A stretch of 64,000 nucleotides of DNA. Origin: Xylographa opegraphella. Lineage: Eukaryota. A program made the translations under genes and the position numbers. Under the pieces are notes generated by a model. The model worked only from the letters and a program-made list of their open reading frames with translations. It was not told where the DNA came from and searched no databases. Positions 36,642 through 48,186 of the stretch are shown here, piece after piece (the stretch's first letter is position 1; each line of letters opens with the position of its first letter). Location of the stretch: NCBI GenBank assembly GCA_022813865.1, contig JALDZX010000040.1, forward strand, positions 62,001 to 126,000, given 5' to 3'.

Positions 36642-38305
36642 TCATTCGACCATGTCTATGTCCTCGTCGACTGCTCCTGGTGCCGTGGTAGCTGTGGTCG
36701 TCGCGCCGCTTGCGGCGGGCCCCGCGTCGCTGGTCGAAGTAACATTGTTTGAATATTTGGAACCCCAGTATGCATCCCTAGAATGTCAGATTAGCCAATA
36801 TATTCTTGGTCGCATGATGTGTAGCGTGGAGACTGACATGTCTCGATCGAGTTCTTCCTGCGTCATTCTCGGCTTTCCATTTACCATCGAGCGCCCACCA
36901 TCACTCCTACCACCACGACCACGACCTCTTGTATCTCTTTCTCCATTCCTCCTATCACTATCAATTCGTCTATGGGGTCGTATCGGAGATCTTGAGCGAC
37001 TCAGCCGTCCCCCATCGCCATCCGGCACATAACGATCCACTCCTTCAGGTGGCGGCTTCCTTGTATCCGTGCGTCTTGGAGCTCCCGGACTTCTACTTCT
37101 CTCTTTCTCCCTTACTCTTCCACCACGTGGCTCTTCTATGCGATCGAACAAGCTGCGGCCCGGTTGAACAGCAGAGCCAAAAGGATTTCGTATAGTTCCG
37201 TCCCGGCTACCTCGGAGTCCGCCAGGCGAGTTGGAGGGAAGGAGAGTAAGACGGATCGGTTGGCCATTTGCATTTGCGCCATCAAATTCGCGGATCGCAG
37301 AGCGAGCATCGGCAACAGAACCGTAGGTCACAAAAGCGGTGCCTGTGGATCGTCCAGCACGATCGAAGCGGAGAGATATGGAGTGCACGGGTGCAATACG
37401 GTTGAAAAGATCCTGGCAGGTATCAGCACCATGTTGGGACATAACTGTGCTCGATTAGGTAACGGGATTCAATACTTACGTCTAAGTCATCCTCAGTGAG
37501 ATCGTAGTGTATATTTTCAACCCGGAGGCGGGCGGTCGGCGAGATACTGTATGAGTTCAACCTTTAGTCTTACTCTGCGGTAAGTGGATGGTGTGGAAGC
37601 AAAGGATGGCTTACAGGTCTGCATTAGGTGACTGACGACCTTGGACCCGGCGGTTTCGAGGCCCCTGTGCTGGTCGACGGGCTAGACATTGAGTCAGTAC
37701 GGGTCTTCTTTTTCACAGCTTTCTTGTAAGTACCTTCGGGATCGTCTTCGAATTTGTCATGGAGCCAATCGCTGCAATGATACGACATTAGCTATTGAGT
37801 GCCAGGCTGTCTTGAAAGCCCGAACCACATACGTATCGATGGCGTCGTCTCGTCCATTCGTCTAGATCAACCCCCCATATGAGGGCCAGGTTAGCTTGAT
37901 ATGAAGTGTAGAGGCACGAAACACCATCGAAGTTCGGGATTTGTAAGTGCGCTGCTAGGAAAACCGTGTCCTGGTGGTTGAGGACGCGGTTTCCAGGCGG
38001 TCTTATGAGGAGGGATGAGGTGGAAGAACCTACGAATGTGTATGATTAGAACTATTTCAAGCTCCCAAAGAGTCAAAGCCCGAAGACAAGTATTACATAA
38101 AGCGCACTGAATTGCTTACCTTGCTTTGGCCGTCACGAGGCCAGTTATTCCACCGTGTTCTAGCTCCACGATCTCCACCACGCGTATCTGTCTGTTAGGT
38201 GGGCGAGTTAATCAATGTGCTACATTATGAACGAAGACCATGCTTCACAACAAGTCCTTCTCATACCAGGCGTTGTCCAATCCTATCATCCAAAGGGCGG
38301 TCCAT
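36642..38305 (-). CDS. Aly/REF (Yra1/THOC4)-like single-RRM RNA-binding protein; about 8 short exons
   Basis: ATG 38305 MDRPLDD (REF-N-like). DWLHDKFEDD. RRM LRVENIHYDLTEDDL-DLF...FDRAGRSTGTAFVTY...AIREFDGANANGQPIRL. RG-rich linker. C-terminal TQEELDRDMDAYW (REF-C-like) after a last intron (GTCAGT...CTAG). Stop at 36644-36642. Confidence 0.85.
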
Positions 38306-39080
38306 CTTCGGCCTTCAAGGTAATAGGCTTTCCAGTCTTTCGGTGTCTTGCGATAGAGCTTGGGACGAACGCTTTCAGGCTGTTTTAATAGAGTATAAGT
38401 GGTCTAGAATAGCGTAAGGGCGAGTGATTTACTGAGAGCGAATTACAAATCTATTGGAACTTTGTGCACGGACCAGGAGGATAAAGACTAAATCAAGAAC
38501 ATCTCCTGAGCATATGATGCCAAATGTTGAGGTAGTACAGAACTTTACCAGGAGATTGGGAGTGTGGAACATGATCACGGGAGACCTGGGGGTCTTTTGC
38601 TTTACTAAAGATCAATACTCTAGGTCATAGGCGTCTGCTACAGCAACATATAATGTACGTTCACGGAGCATAAGGACAATGAATCCGTTCTATGTCTAAT
38701 TACAGTGGCGTCCTCATCGGTCAGTCGCAAAGACTGCACCCACGAGGCACTGAGAGAGCGGAGTGAAGTGTACATCAAAGAAAATAGGAAGCAGACATAA
38801 TCAATGCTGTTCGTGAGGAGCCAGCCTGTAGTTGCCTGTATGTGCCTATGTGAGCGCCGAGCTATTCTGAGTGAGGGTCTATACTGTGCAGCAAAGACTT
38901 CCCAATGAGAAGCTTTATCTCCGATAGGCTAACGTATTATGGTTGAGTGTCCTCCAGGCCAACATAATGATTGTCGAAAGTGGTTGGAAATGAGCTATAA
39001 AGAGGACTAAACAGTCAACAATCAACGACAGGCTCAATTGTGACAGGGGAATCGGCTGGGAGCTAATTCGCCAACCCTTG

Positions 39081-41159
39081 TCAAGCCACACTACTGATTT
39101 GACCTTCGCGGAAAACGGCTGTTCCGTTAGTATGGGCTGTACGAGTACTATGGCCATAATGCTGTGCCACGGGTTGAGGAATTTTTGTGGGTGCCTGCGA
39201 TGATGGATTCGGCACCGGAACCGGATCGTCATCATAGTCTTCTCCAAAATACTCTTCGCTCTGAGTTCCATGACTTTGGACAGGTGTTGTATCTGGTTGA
39301 GGGAAGCTTTGCTGGACCGCTGCTTGGTGTGCCTGGGGATTGGCAGCTGCTGCCACATTTTTCGCTGCATTCTTGTTTCCCTTCTTGCCCTTGCGGCCCT
39401 TCATCTTGGCCTTCTCCAGGAGACGACGCTTCTCCGCAAGACGTTTACGCTCCCGCCGGTCTTTAATCTCATATTGTCTTACTAATGCTTCAGGCGGAGA
39501 GCCAAATATGCTCTCGTACTCGCAAAATTCACATATCCAGATGTCTTCATCCCGCGGCGGATGATGATAGTTGGTGTATTCTTGCTGGAGACGACGTTCA
39601 CGTGCAGCCATAGCATATCGTTTTCCGGGAGGGCGTTTCGGTTTTCGAGGCTGCTGAGGATTTTGAGCATTTGTCTTACCCAGCGGAGCACCATTCTGAT
39701 TGGCCTGTCCTGCCATGGTGGGACTGGTTTGCGTCCCTTGAGTGCTGAAGCCTTTAGCGTGGTGACTAGACTGCTGTCCTGGAATAGCAGAGCTTGTTGT
39801 CGACATGGGTGGACGCTCTCCTGGCCACACCATGTGTTTTGATGAACCGGATTCACATGTAAATGTGAATTGTGTTTTTGAAGGCGTGGATTTCTTGGCC
39901 GCAGATTGCTCTAGCAAGCTTAAATTTTCTTGACCCTTCGAGAATGTATTAGAAGTTGAGGCTGCCTCTGCCATAGCCGCTGATATGATACCATGCTCAG
40001 AGGGAATGTCACGAGCTAAGACCCGTTTTAGCAATTCGCAGTGACCATGTTCTATAATGAGAGCCAACCTACATTTACCAGGATGATTGCTGGTGGGTAT
40101 AAAATCCCGTCGACTATTTAGACGACCTAGCTGCCAAGCATTTGAAGCATTTGTCGAAACACCAAGTGGACTTCTACCACTTGTATCACGTCTCCCTGAG
40201 CGACCGTAGCGACCTCTACCAGCGCCAAATATACCTGTCCCGGGTATGCTAGATGCTGCATTGGAGCCGACAGAACCATAATACTGACTGCTTGTGTTCT
40301 CTGGAGTGACTGGATTCGCGCCCAAGTCATGAGTTGGAGAAATTCCCATGTTGGCCATTTCGGCTGATAACGAGGAGTGGTGATTTGCAATACTGCCTGA
40401 AGTCGGGATCTTGCGCTTTTTCTTGTTGTTGGTATTCTCGAAAGAGTCGTAACCATCAACAGACTCATTCGAGGATACTGCAGAATGTGACAAAGGATCT
40501 TGCGTTCGATTTACTCCGTTGCTGTAACCTCTCGATGGTGTTTTCATCATAGTTTGACGCTGCTGATCCTCATAACGGCGTATGAGGCCAAGGCCATCCT
40601 CCTCGTCACTTTCCAAATCACTACCCCTGAACCGATACCCATTCTTTGTATCACCATTGCATACTTTCTGCGAATTTGCAAGCACGTTATCAGCTTCTTC
40701 GACCTCTGATTTCACTGGAGTAGCAGATTGACGGTATGCGGCTTTGCCATATGGGTAAAACAAAGAGCTTGAAGGTGGTGCAGGAGGATAGTGGATCGAG
40801 TCTGCGACTTCAGGAGATAAGCGAGACCTCAAAGGGCGCTTCGGAAGCGGGCGTATGGGTCTTTCGGGATATACAGGCGAGGTTGTATCGGAGGAGTTAG
40901 TCGTTGGTGAAGATGGTGAGTATGGGGTTGCTGCTTCAATAGGAACAATAAATGTCAGCTTGTGTCGTAACCATGTCCATACCATTTTCATAATCTGCAG
41001 AATATCTGTAACGTTGGGATGCATTTCCAAAGATTATGTTCTGGTAAATTAGTAGCGCAATGTGATGGCAGTAGCCATCCTGAGCCGCGTTTGTGGACAA
41101 CTAAAAGAGTAGAGCTAGGGAAAGCGCGAGGTTATCATACCCATCATGGCCGCGGACAT
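39081..41159 (-). CDS. Conserved-looking fungal hypothetical protein (S/P-rich, NLS-like NKKKRKIP, CxxC motif, basic coiled coil)
   Basis: 649-aa ORF with RPIRPLPKR, DGYDSFENTNNKKKRKIP, KTQFTFTCES, IWICEFCEYESIFG...YEIKDRRERKRLAEKRRLLEKAK. Probable first exon 41159-41141 (MSAAMM-G|GTATGA), acceptor 40934/40931, in-frame intron 40078-40016. Confidence 0.8.
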
Positions 41160-41920
41160 CAGGGTCTAATTTCTGTGTATTTGCCTTCTTCCTTTTTACT
41201 ACACTAAATCTTGCTGTTCGGTAGCAAGAATGGCAGCAATGTACTTGTATCTGCACATTCAACTTCTATTTCAAGAGCGGTAGTTGTGAATAGTCTCTAT
41301 AACAACCACGTTAACACAGGATCTGTGCATTTCAGAGATCAACACAGCTGGACTGCTGACGGGATTTGCCCACTGACAGCAAGGCCCATCATTGTGTTCA
41401 CGGTATACCCACATCGTATGAGTCCGTCGGATTGGCTTATCCCCACATGCAGCTCCCACATTCAGCTCCGCTTGGCTACAGACTGAGCTAGCAGCACTTG
41501 TGGTCTTGAGAGCGCCATACACGGAAGACCTCTGATCGTTACAGAATGCAAATAGTGGCAATTGGAGCTGTTTTAAAGGATGATTACAAAAGCATCACTT
41601 GGGCTGCAATATGCATTAATCGTAATCGTCACGGACGCTAATTCTTGCAGCTACGGCCGATCCTTTCTCCGTAATAGGGGGGCTACGGTTGCCTGACAAT
41701 TAATTAATCTATCTGTCATGAGAATGATATAATTATGTACAGTAAATCTTTAAAATGACGGAACTTTTCTCTCCTGATCGAGATCTTGGAGAATTAGTCA
41801 GACTGCAGCAGAGCGGAGCTGAAAGTGCCACTCGCGCTATGCTGGGTATCATAAGCCATAAAATGATAAAACGATAGATTTTCCCAAGTCCATATACGTC
41901 CCCACGCCCCCGAAATTACC

Positions 41921-43157
41921 CTATCTCCATAGGCCGTAAGGTTCCTCGCAGCACTTCCATAGCTTTACCGTGCCATCTTCGCTTCCTGTCGCGTATAGTT
42001 TCCCGTTCGGCGAAAAATTGGTACTCCAGACAGGACCGTGGTGCCCTTTGTGCAATTGCATCTCTTTCTCATCATCAAACCCATATTCTCGAACCCACGT
42101 ATCACTAGCGCCTCCCACAACGAATTTGCGTGCCTCGATGTTGAAAGCCAACGACGCAATATCGTGCGGTGTCTTGACCTTTTTAATCAATTGACCTGGA
42201 GCGACGCCGTCAAAGAAATATGCATTTTTGCCAGCGGCAACGGAGAGAACTGATCGATATGGGGTTGATGATTTCGAGGAGGTGTTCAATTCGCATGTGC
42301 CGAGATCGCCTTCGACAACAGCAGAAGCCACCGGGCTTCTAGTCCGAATATCCCACCATCGGATCATCTTGTCGTCCGCGGCAGTGATAAGAAGGTTGAA
42401 ATCTGCTCCCCAGACGATAGATTTAATTGTGCCACCGTGAACGCCGGCACCAAGCTCATAGTAAGTAAGAGTCGTGTTGCCGATGCTTCCATCGTGTCCA
42501 GTGGGTGATGAGGAAATACTACTTGGCTCACTGCCCCTATCAACGTCGAACAATCGAAGCTTCTTTTCGAAGCCACCGGTAGCGACCAAATGTGGTTTGG
42601 GACCTTGAGGAAATGCTACTGCTCGTACAATGTGCTCGTGCCTCATTGTGTGCAGACATTCACCGGTAAAGGTATCCCAGATTTTACTGTCGTGTGACAA
42701 TGCGTCAGTTCCAAATTGAACGGAAAGTATCGTAACACTAACGCAGTAAAATCTGCAGAACCAGTGACTGCATAGACTGTATCGCCGGACAAACGACCCT
42801 GCCAGACAGCCCCTTTATGACCAACGAAAGTACCGATCCTCACACATCAAATCAGTAGCGATCCGGCAATACAGATACATTACACATACCAGTCGCCCGT
42901 CAAACCATCCCGGAGCATGGGGTTGTTATCTGAAAGCAATTTGGCACGTGTCCAGTAAAAGCGATTGAAGTAACACACCTTTGCAAGACGATAGAAGGTA
43001 GAACTGGTCATCGTCTACGATAGATGAAAAATTCAAGTGAGTGACTGGTCGCGAATGGCCGTGGCAGGTAAGCGGCACAATCTTGGCTGGGGCACGAGGT
43101 GGCGTCAGTCGAATTGGTACGAACGCACCTGAGGTCGAGGGATTTACCTGCAGCCAT
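41921..43157 (-). CDS. WD40 protein of the STRAP/unrip (serine-threonine kinase receptor-associated protein) family; about 5 exons
   Basis: ATG 43157 MAA|KIVPLTCHGHSRPVTHL, SSCK|DNNPMLRDGLTGDW|IGTFVGHKGAVW, GSADFT, HEHIVRAVAF, HKGHHGPVWS...YATGSEDGTVKLW. Canonical introns between the segments. Confidence 0.88.
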
Positions 43158-44968
43158 ATCTCATAGAGCTGGCTTCCAAGTGTTCAGCAGTCAGGCTAAG
43201 CTGAGCAAGTTTGGATGTTAGAAGTGATAGTGAAAACACCTTTGGTGTATAGAGGACCTTCCGAAATGGTGGGATTGAGAAAAGAAATACGACGAATGAC
43301 CGTTTGAGCAGTAGATAGCTCCGCTGTGTCGTGACTCGTGACGGAAGTTGGGTATCCAAGATGAGGAAGAAAGAAATAAACAAAGATGAAGGACTTTCTA
43401 GTGAAATACAAAAGATTAACAGCAGCTTTGCTTGAGCGGTGAATGAACAGACAGCGATGGTAAGGTACCAGTAACGTAGGTCGGAAGGAGACTCGTTCCA
43501 AGGGTTGACATGTGGGAATAAGGTGCCAAACAAGGCTTAGAGACCCCGCTAGTCTTAGGATACTGCTGGCTAAGCTCAGAGTGGTTACTGAAGCTCGTAC
43601 CTGCGCCAAGATAAATAAGATACGGTATGTATCTAACTTATCTTGGCATAGCCAGCTTCCGCAGGCTTTGAACTTCAAGGTTGAGGTTACGATGCTCCTT
43701 CTTCCCAACGCCAGCGCAGCGGATCACTTGTCAGACAGAGTGATACAGCGATGATCACCGAGTCGTACATTCCTGGCAATGAGTATATATACGCAGCTGA
43801 GTACTCTCAGGCTGAGACCCTATTGAATAATGAGCAGATCGGCAGAGGACCGGGACGGTATGACTGTTTGGGCCCTTCTTATAAGCATGATTCGTGATTG
43901 TTAGCAAACTTTCATTTCGTCCCAGACTTGTACAAAAGAGCTGCGGCCGATATCCTACTTGGCTCATGTGATCGAGACTGCTTCCTTGCCACACTGAATT
44001 AGACGCCAGCAATCTCTGTCCCTTCAGAGCAGGCAGTGGCTCGTAAGTTGGACGATGTCACTCGCCCCGAATCGATGGAGAATACGAGTAATGGCTTCGT
44101 CATCTTTTATCACTGGAACTGCTTAGGGTTATTACGTTGTTGGTATTTCTCGGGTACGTACGTAGAGGCACCGCTGCGGTTCGGCCACGTCTACACTCCG
44201 GTCGACTCTCGGAACCTTTGCAACTGCGGGCGCCAGAAAAGGTAGAAAGGAGTAAGAGTTCTCAATCCTGGTATCGTCCAGAATTTCGTCACGACTATCA
44301 GCGTCTATGGTTTGACGCTCTACCTCGAACATTCTGTCAGAGCCACCAAAGTAGCTCAAAGAAGCGATTGCCTCCTACTTGGCTTAAGATAGCATCAAGA
44401 ATTCCTTACATTCTTTGTGTCTTTACAGCCTACGCGATTTCTGGCTCTACCTCAAGCAAGGCTCCTACATGAATAGGTATGCTGTGCTACGACCCGACTA
44501 ATGTACCGCAAGTAAGATCACCATCTTTTCGTTGTTGGCGAAAGATTCAATCTGATCAACCGACGAGCAGTATGGAAATCACTACATCTTCGAGGTGAGG
44601 AACATGAAGTTTTTGAGGTGTGCAAGTAGAACAGGCAAGACACTGCTTCTTCAATGAAGTAGAGCAAGTAGTGGACTATGATCAAAGTGCCGGAGACTCT
44701 TTCCAATAGGTTTCCAATGACTATTCCTTCAAAAACATAATTCATAGAGTGATCACAACAGTAGTCCTCTGATCCTGATTGAACTCTTTAGTCACAACTT
44801 TCACATCTTGAAACTATTTCCTATGGTATTACAAATCCAGTTTCTAGATAACGCCAGTATGATTGACCAGTGAACACGAACCGACATAAGACCCTTGTAC
44901 TATAGTATGACTTCACAACGAACCTTACCAAATTCGCTGTCGCCCACAAACTGCTGGTCAACGTTCAC

Positions 44969-47436
44969 ATGAGTGAGTACAAACTTTCAGCGTCCCTAGA
45001 AGGGCACGAAGACGATGTTGGACTTCCCTCAATAATCCCCATGTTGTGCCTGTCACTAAGTCCGTCTAGGTACGTGGGGTCGTGTTCCCTTCTCCTGAAC
45101 TAGTGGTATCTGCTTCTCGAGATGCAACAGTTCGGACATGGAAGCTGCTTTCCGCGCCACCGCCGAAATATGATTGTTCGATATCCTCTCATGGCAGCGC
45201 CTTTATCAATGCTGTTGCATATATCCCGCCTTCCTCGACGTACAAAAATGGCCTCATCGTATCCGGTGGTAAGGATACTATAATAGAAGTTCGGCAGCCT
45301 GGGAAGCCGCCCGAAGAAAATGCTGAGAGGCTGTTAATGGGTCATGCTCATAATGTTTGTGCTCTGGATGTCAGCGTTGATGGTGGATGGATTGCCAGTG
45401 GCAGCTGGGATGGATCTGCACGAATCTGGAGCATAGGGAAGTGGGAATGTGAAGCTGTGCTTGAAGATCATGGAGGTAGTGTGTGGGGAGTCCTAGCCTA
45501 CGACAAGGACACCGTCGTTACCGGTATGATATGATGGGGATCCCTAGCGGTAGTTGGTTGCTGACCGGCGATAGCTTGTGCTGATAAGCTCATACGCATC
45601 TTCAGTCCTACAGGAAAGCTGCTTAAAACACTACGAGGGAATAAAGATGTTGTCAGAGCAATATGTCGAGTGCCCAAGGGACACCCCTCGAGAGCAGAAA
45701 TTGCTTCTGCGAGCAACGAAGGAATCATTAAGCTGTGGCAACTCAACGGACGTCAAGTCGGTGAGTTGCTTGGCCATGAGAGCTTTATATACAGCCTTGT
45801 ATCCCTGCCGAACGGAGATCTTGTGAGTTCAGGGGAAGATCGGACAGTCCGAATTTGGAGAGGAATGGAATGCATACAAACCATTACGCACCCCGCAATC
45901 TCAGTATGGGGTGTCGCTGTCTGTGCCGAAAATGGAGACATAGTCAGTGGAGCCAGTGATAGAATAGTACGGGTCTTCAGCAGAATTAGTGACAGACAAG
46001 CTGAAACTCAAGTCATACAAGCCTTCGAAGACTCTGTGAAAAGCTCATCGATACCTCAAGAACAAGTCGGCGACGTCAATAAAGAGAAGTTGCCTGGACC
46101 GGAATTTCTGGAGCAAAAGTCAGGCACCAAAGAAGGACAAGTAGTCATGGTCAAGCAAGTGGATGGGAGTGTCACGGCTCACCAGTGGTCACAAGGTGCC
46201 CAGCAGTGGATGAACGTGGGTACGGTAGTGGATGCAGTGGGTAGTAGTGGGAAGAAAATACACTATCTAGGCATGGACTACGACTACGTTTTTGATGTCG
46301 ATATCGAGGATGGAAAACCTCCCCTGAAGCTTCCGTATAATCTCTCCCAAAATCCATACGAGGGTGCAACAAAATTCATCGAAGACAACGAGCTACCAAT
46401 AGGTTACCTGGACCAGGTTGCAAACTTTATAACCACGAACACAACAGTGGCCACACTTGGGCAGTCGTCCCAGTCGCAACAAGCTGCTCCAGCAGGTGCC
46501 GATCCATGGGGCAGCGAATCTCGATACCGGCCTGGGGATGCTTCATCGGCCCCTGTACCGACCGCCTCGAGTGCGTCAAAGTCTCAGGTCCTTCCCCAAA
46601 CTCAATATTTATCTATCACTACGGCAAATCTGCAGACTGTCCGTAAGAAGATCGAAGAACTCAACGAGCAACTGATCCAGGAAGGCTCCAAGGATGTTGC
46701 TCTCAATCCGCCACAAGTGGAACTACTTCGCGCTCTTATCAAGCATCTGGAGCAATCCCCAGCGGCCGTTGCCAAAGCAAGCCCTGTAGTGGCGAATGGC
46801 CTGGATCTAGTATTCAATATAGTCACCCGGTGGCCCGCTGCGCATCGACTCCCCGGTTTGGACCTTCTTCGACTTCTAGCTGCAGCGTCACCTTCGACAG
46901 CTGAATACACATCGCACTCCGGTGACAGCATTGTAGAGATGTTGGAGAGTAGTGGCGTCTTCGAGGACCAAGATCGAAGCAACAATATCATGTTAGCTGT
47001 CCGAGCATTCGCCAATCTGTTCGTGACCGACAAGGGCCGCGCCTTGGCCGATACAAAATTCGACAGCATACATCGCTTCGTCAAATCGTCGTCACTAGGA
47101 ACCACGAACCGTAATCTCACCATCGCGGTCGCCACCCTTTACATCAACTATGCTGTCCTATGCACTTCGGCGTCCCACTCTGCACTACCATCCTCGATCG
47201 ATCGTGGTCTGGCTCTGATGGAGGATCTTGCGGGCATCATTTCCACCGCTACCGACTCCGAAGCTGTTTACCGCAGTCTAGTTGCGGCCGGGACGCTACT
47301 TACGCTTGGGGAGGTGGTGCAAATGGCTGCAAAGGAGGTGTATGATATTGAGAGTGCATTGCAGAAAGCGAAGCAGAGGAGCCAGGAGCCACGCATTAAT
47401 GGTGTCGTTACTGAAATCAAGGGACTGCTAGCTTAG
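44969..47436 (+). CDS. DOA1: Doa1/Ufd3 (PLAA/Lub1) ubiquitin-homeostasis Cdc48 cofactor: WD40 + PFU + PUL; 3 exons
   Basis: MSEYKLSASLEGHEDD|VRGV, SASRDATVRTW, GHAHNVCAL, SSGEDRTVRIW. PFU motif DYDYVFDVDIEDGKPPLKLPYNLSQNPY...YLDQVANFI. PUL motifs RLPGLDLLRL and AVRAFANLF. Introns 45017-45069 and 45524-45574. Confidence 0.95.
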
Positions 47437-48186
47437 ATATATTTAGATGTGCAGCCCAAGTCCGCTATAATGTTCCTTGCCGATCTGCAATCTCGCCCCT
47501 GTTAATTGTTCCGGAGTGATGTTACATATCCAGTGAAGTAGGATAATCCCCCGAGCACCGAATTCAAAATTTATCTTATCTATCTTCGTCCACAGATTTG
47601 AAAATATGAGAAGCCGGAACAACTGGGTATGCTTATTCAGATGCCATATTAGCCTCTATCAGGCTCAGAATAAGAATTGCAACGACGGTTCGACTTTGTA
47701 TATTTACTACCTAATTAAGCTGAGCTGGCAAGGCAAGCCGTCCATCACCTTCCCACCCTATAATCGAATTTCGTGGTATCGAGCTCCATTGGCCCTACGA
47801 TACCAGACGCGCGGCCTGCTCCCCTCGGAGATTGCCGATACGTGTGCCACCAGCAACGAACAACGAAAACAGTGACGGATGAGAAAGCCCCGTAGAGGCG
47901 CTTCTCAAGGCGCCGAAGGCTATGCAATGTGTTTTGCTAGGCAACGGAGCTGGGAAACGCTCGAGGAATGCTATAAGTACAATTCTAAATATGCAAAGAA
48001 TAGGAAGCTGAAATATTAACGAGAAACAGCTGTCGATCAAGTGAACAGTCCACACACAAGGCCGGTAACCAAGATTTTGGTCACAGAATTGCCAGGCGTA
48101 CAGTAGTCGAATACAGAAGGCATTCGTCGCTAAAGCGATGAATCGCAGCAGTGGAAGAGTGGCCTGTATGCAGACGTCTACAGACC

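Noticed and set aside
43200..44950. Short ORFs between the divergent STRAP-like gene and DOA1
   Set aside because: No motifs; consistent with UTRs and a shared promoter region.
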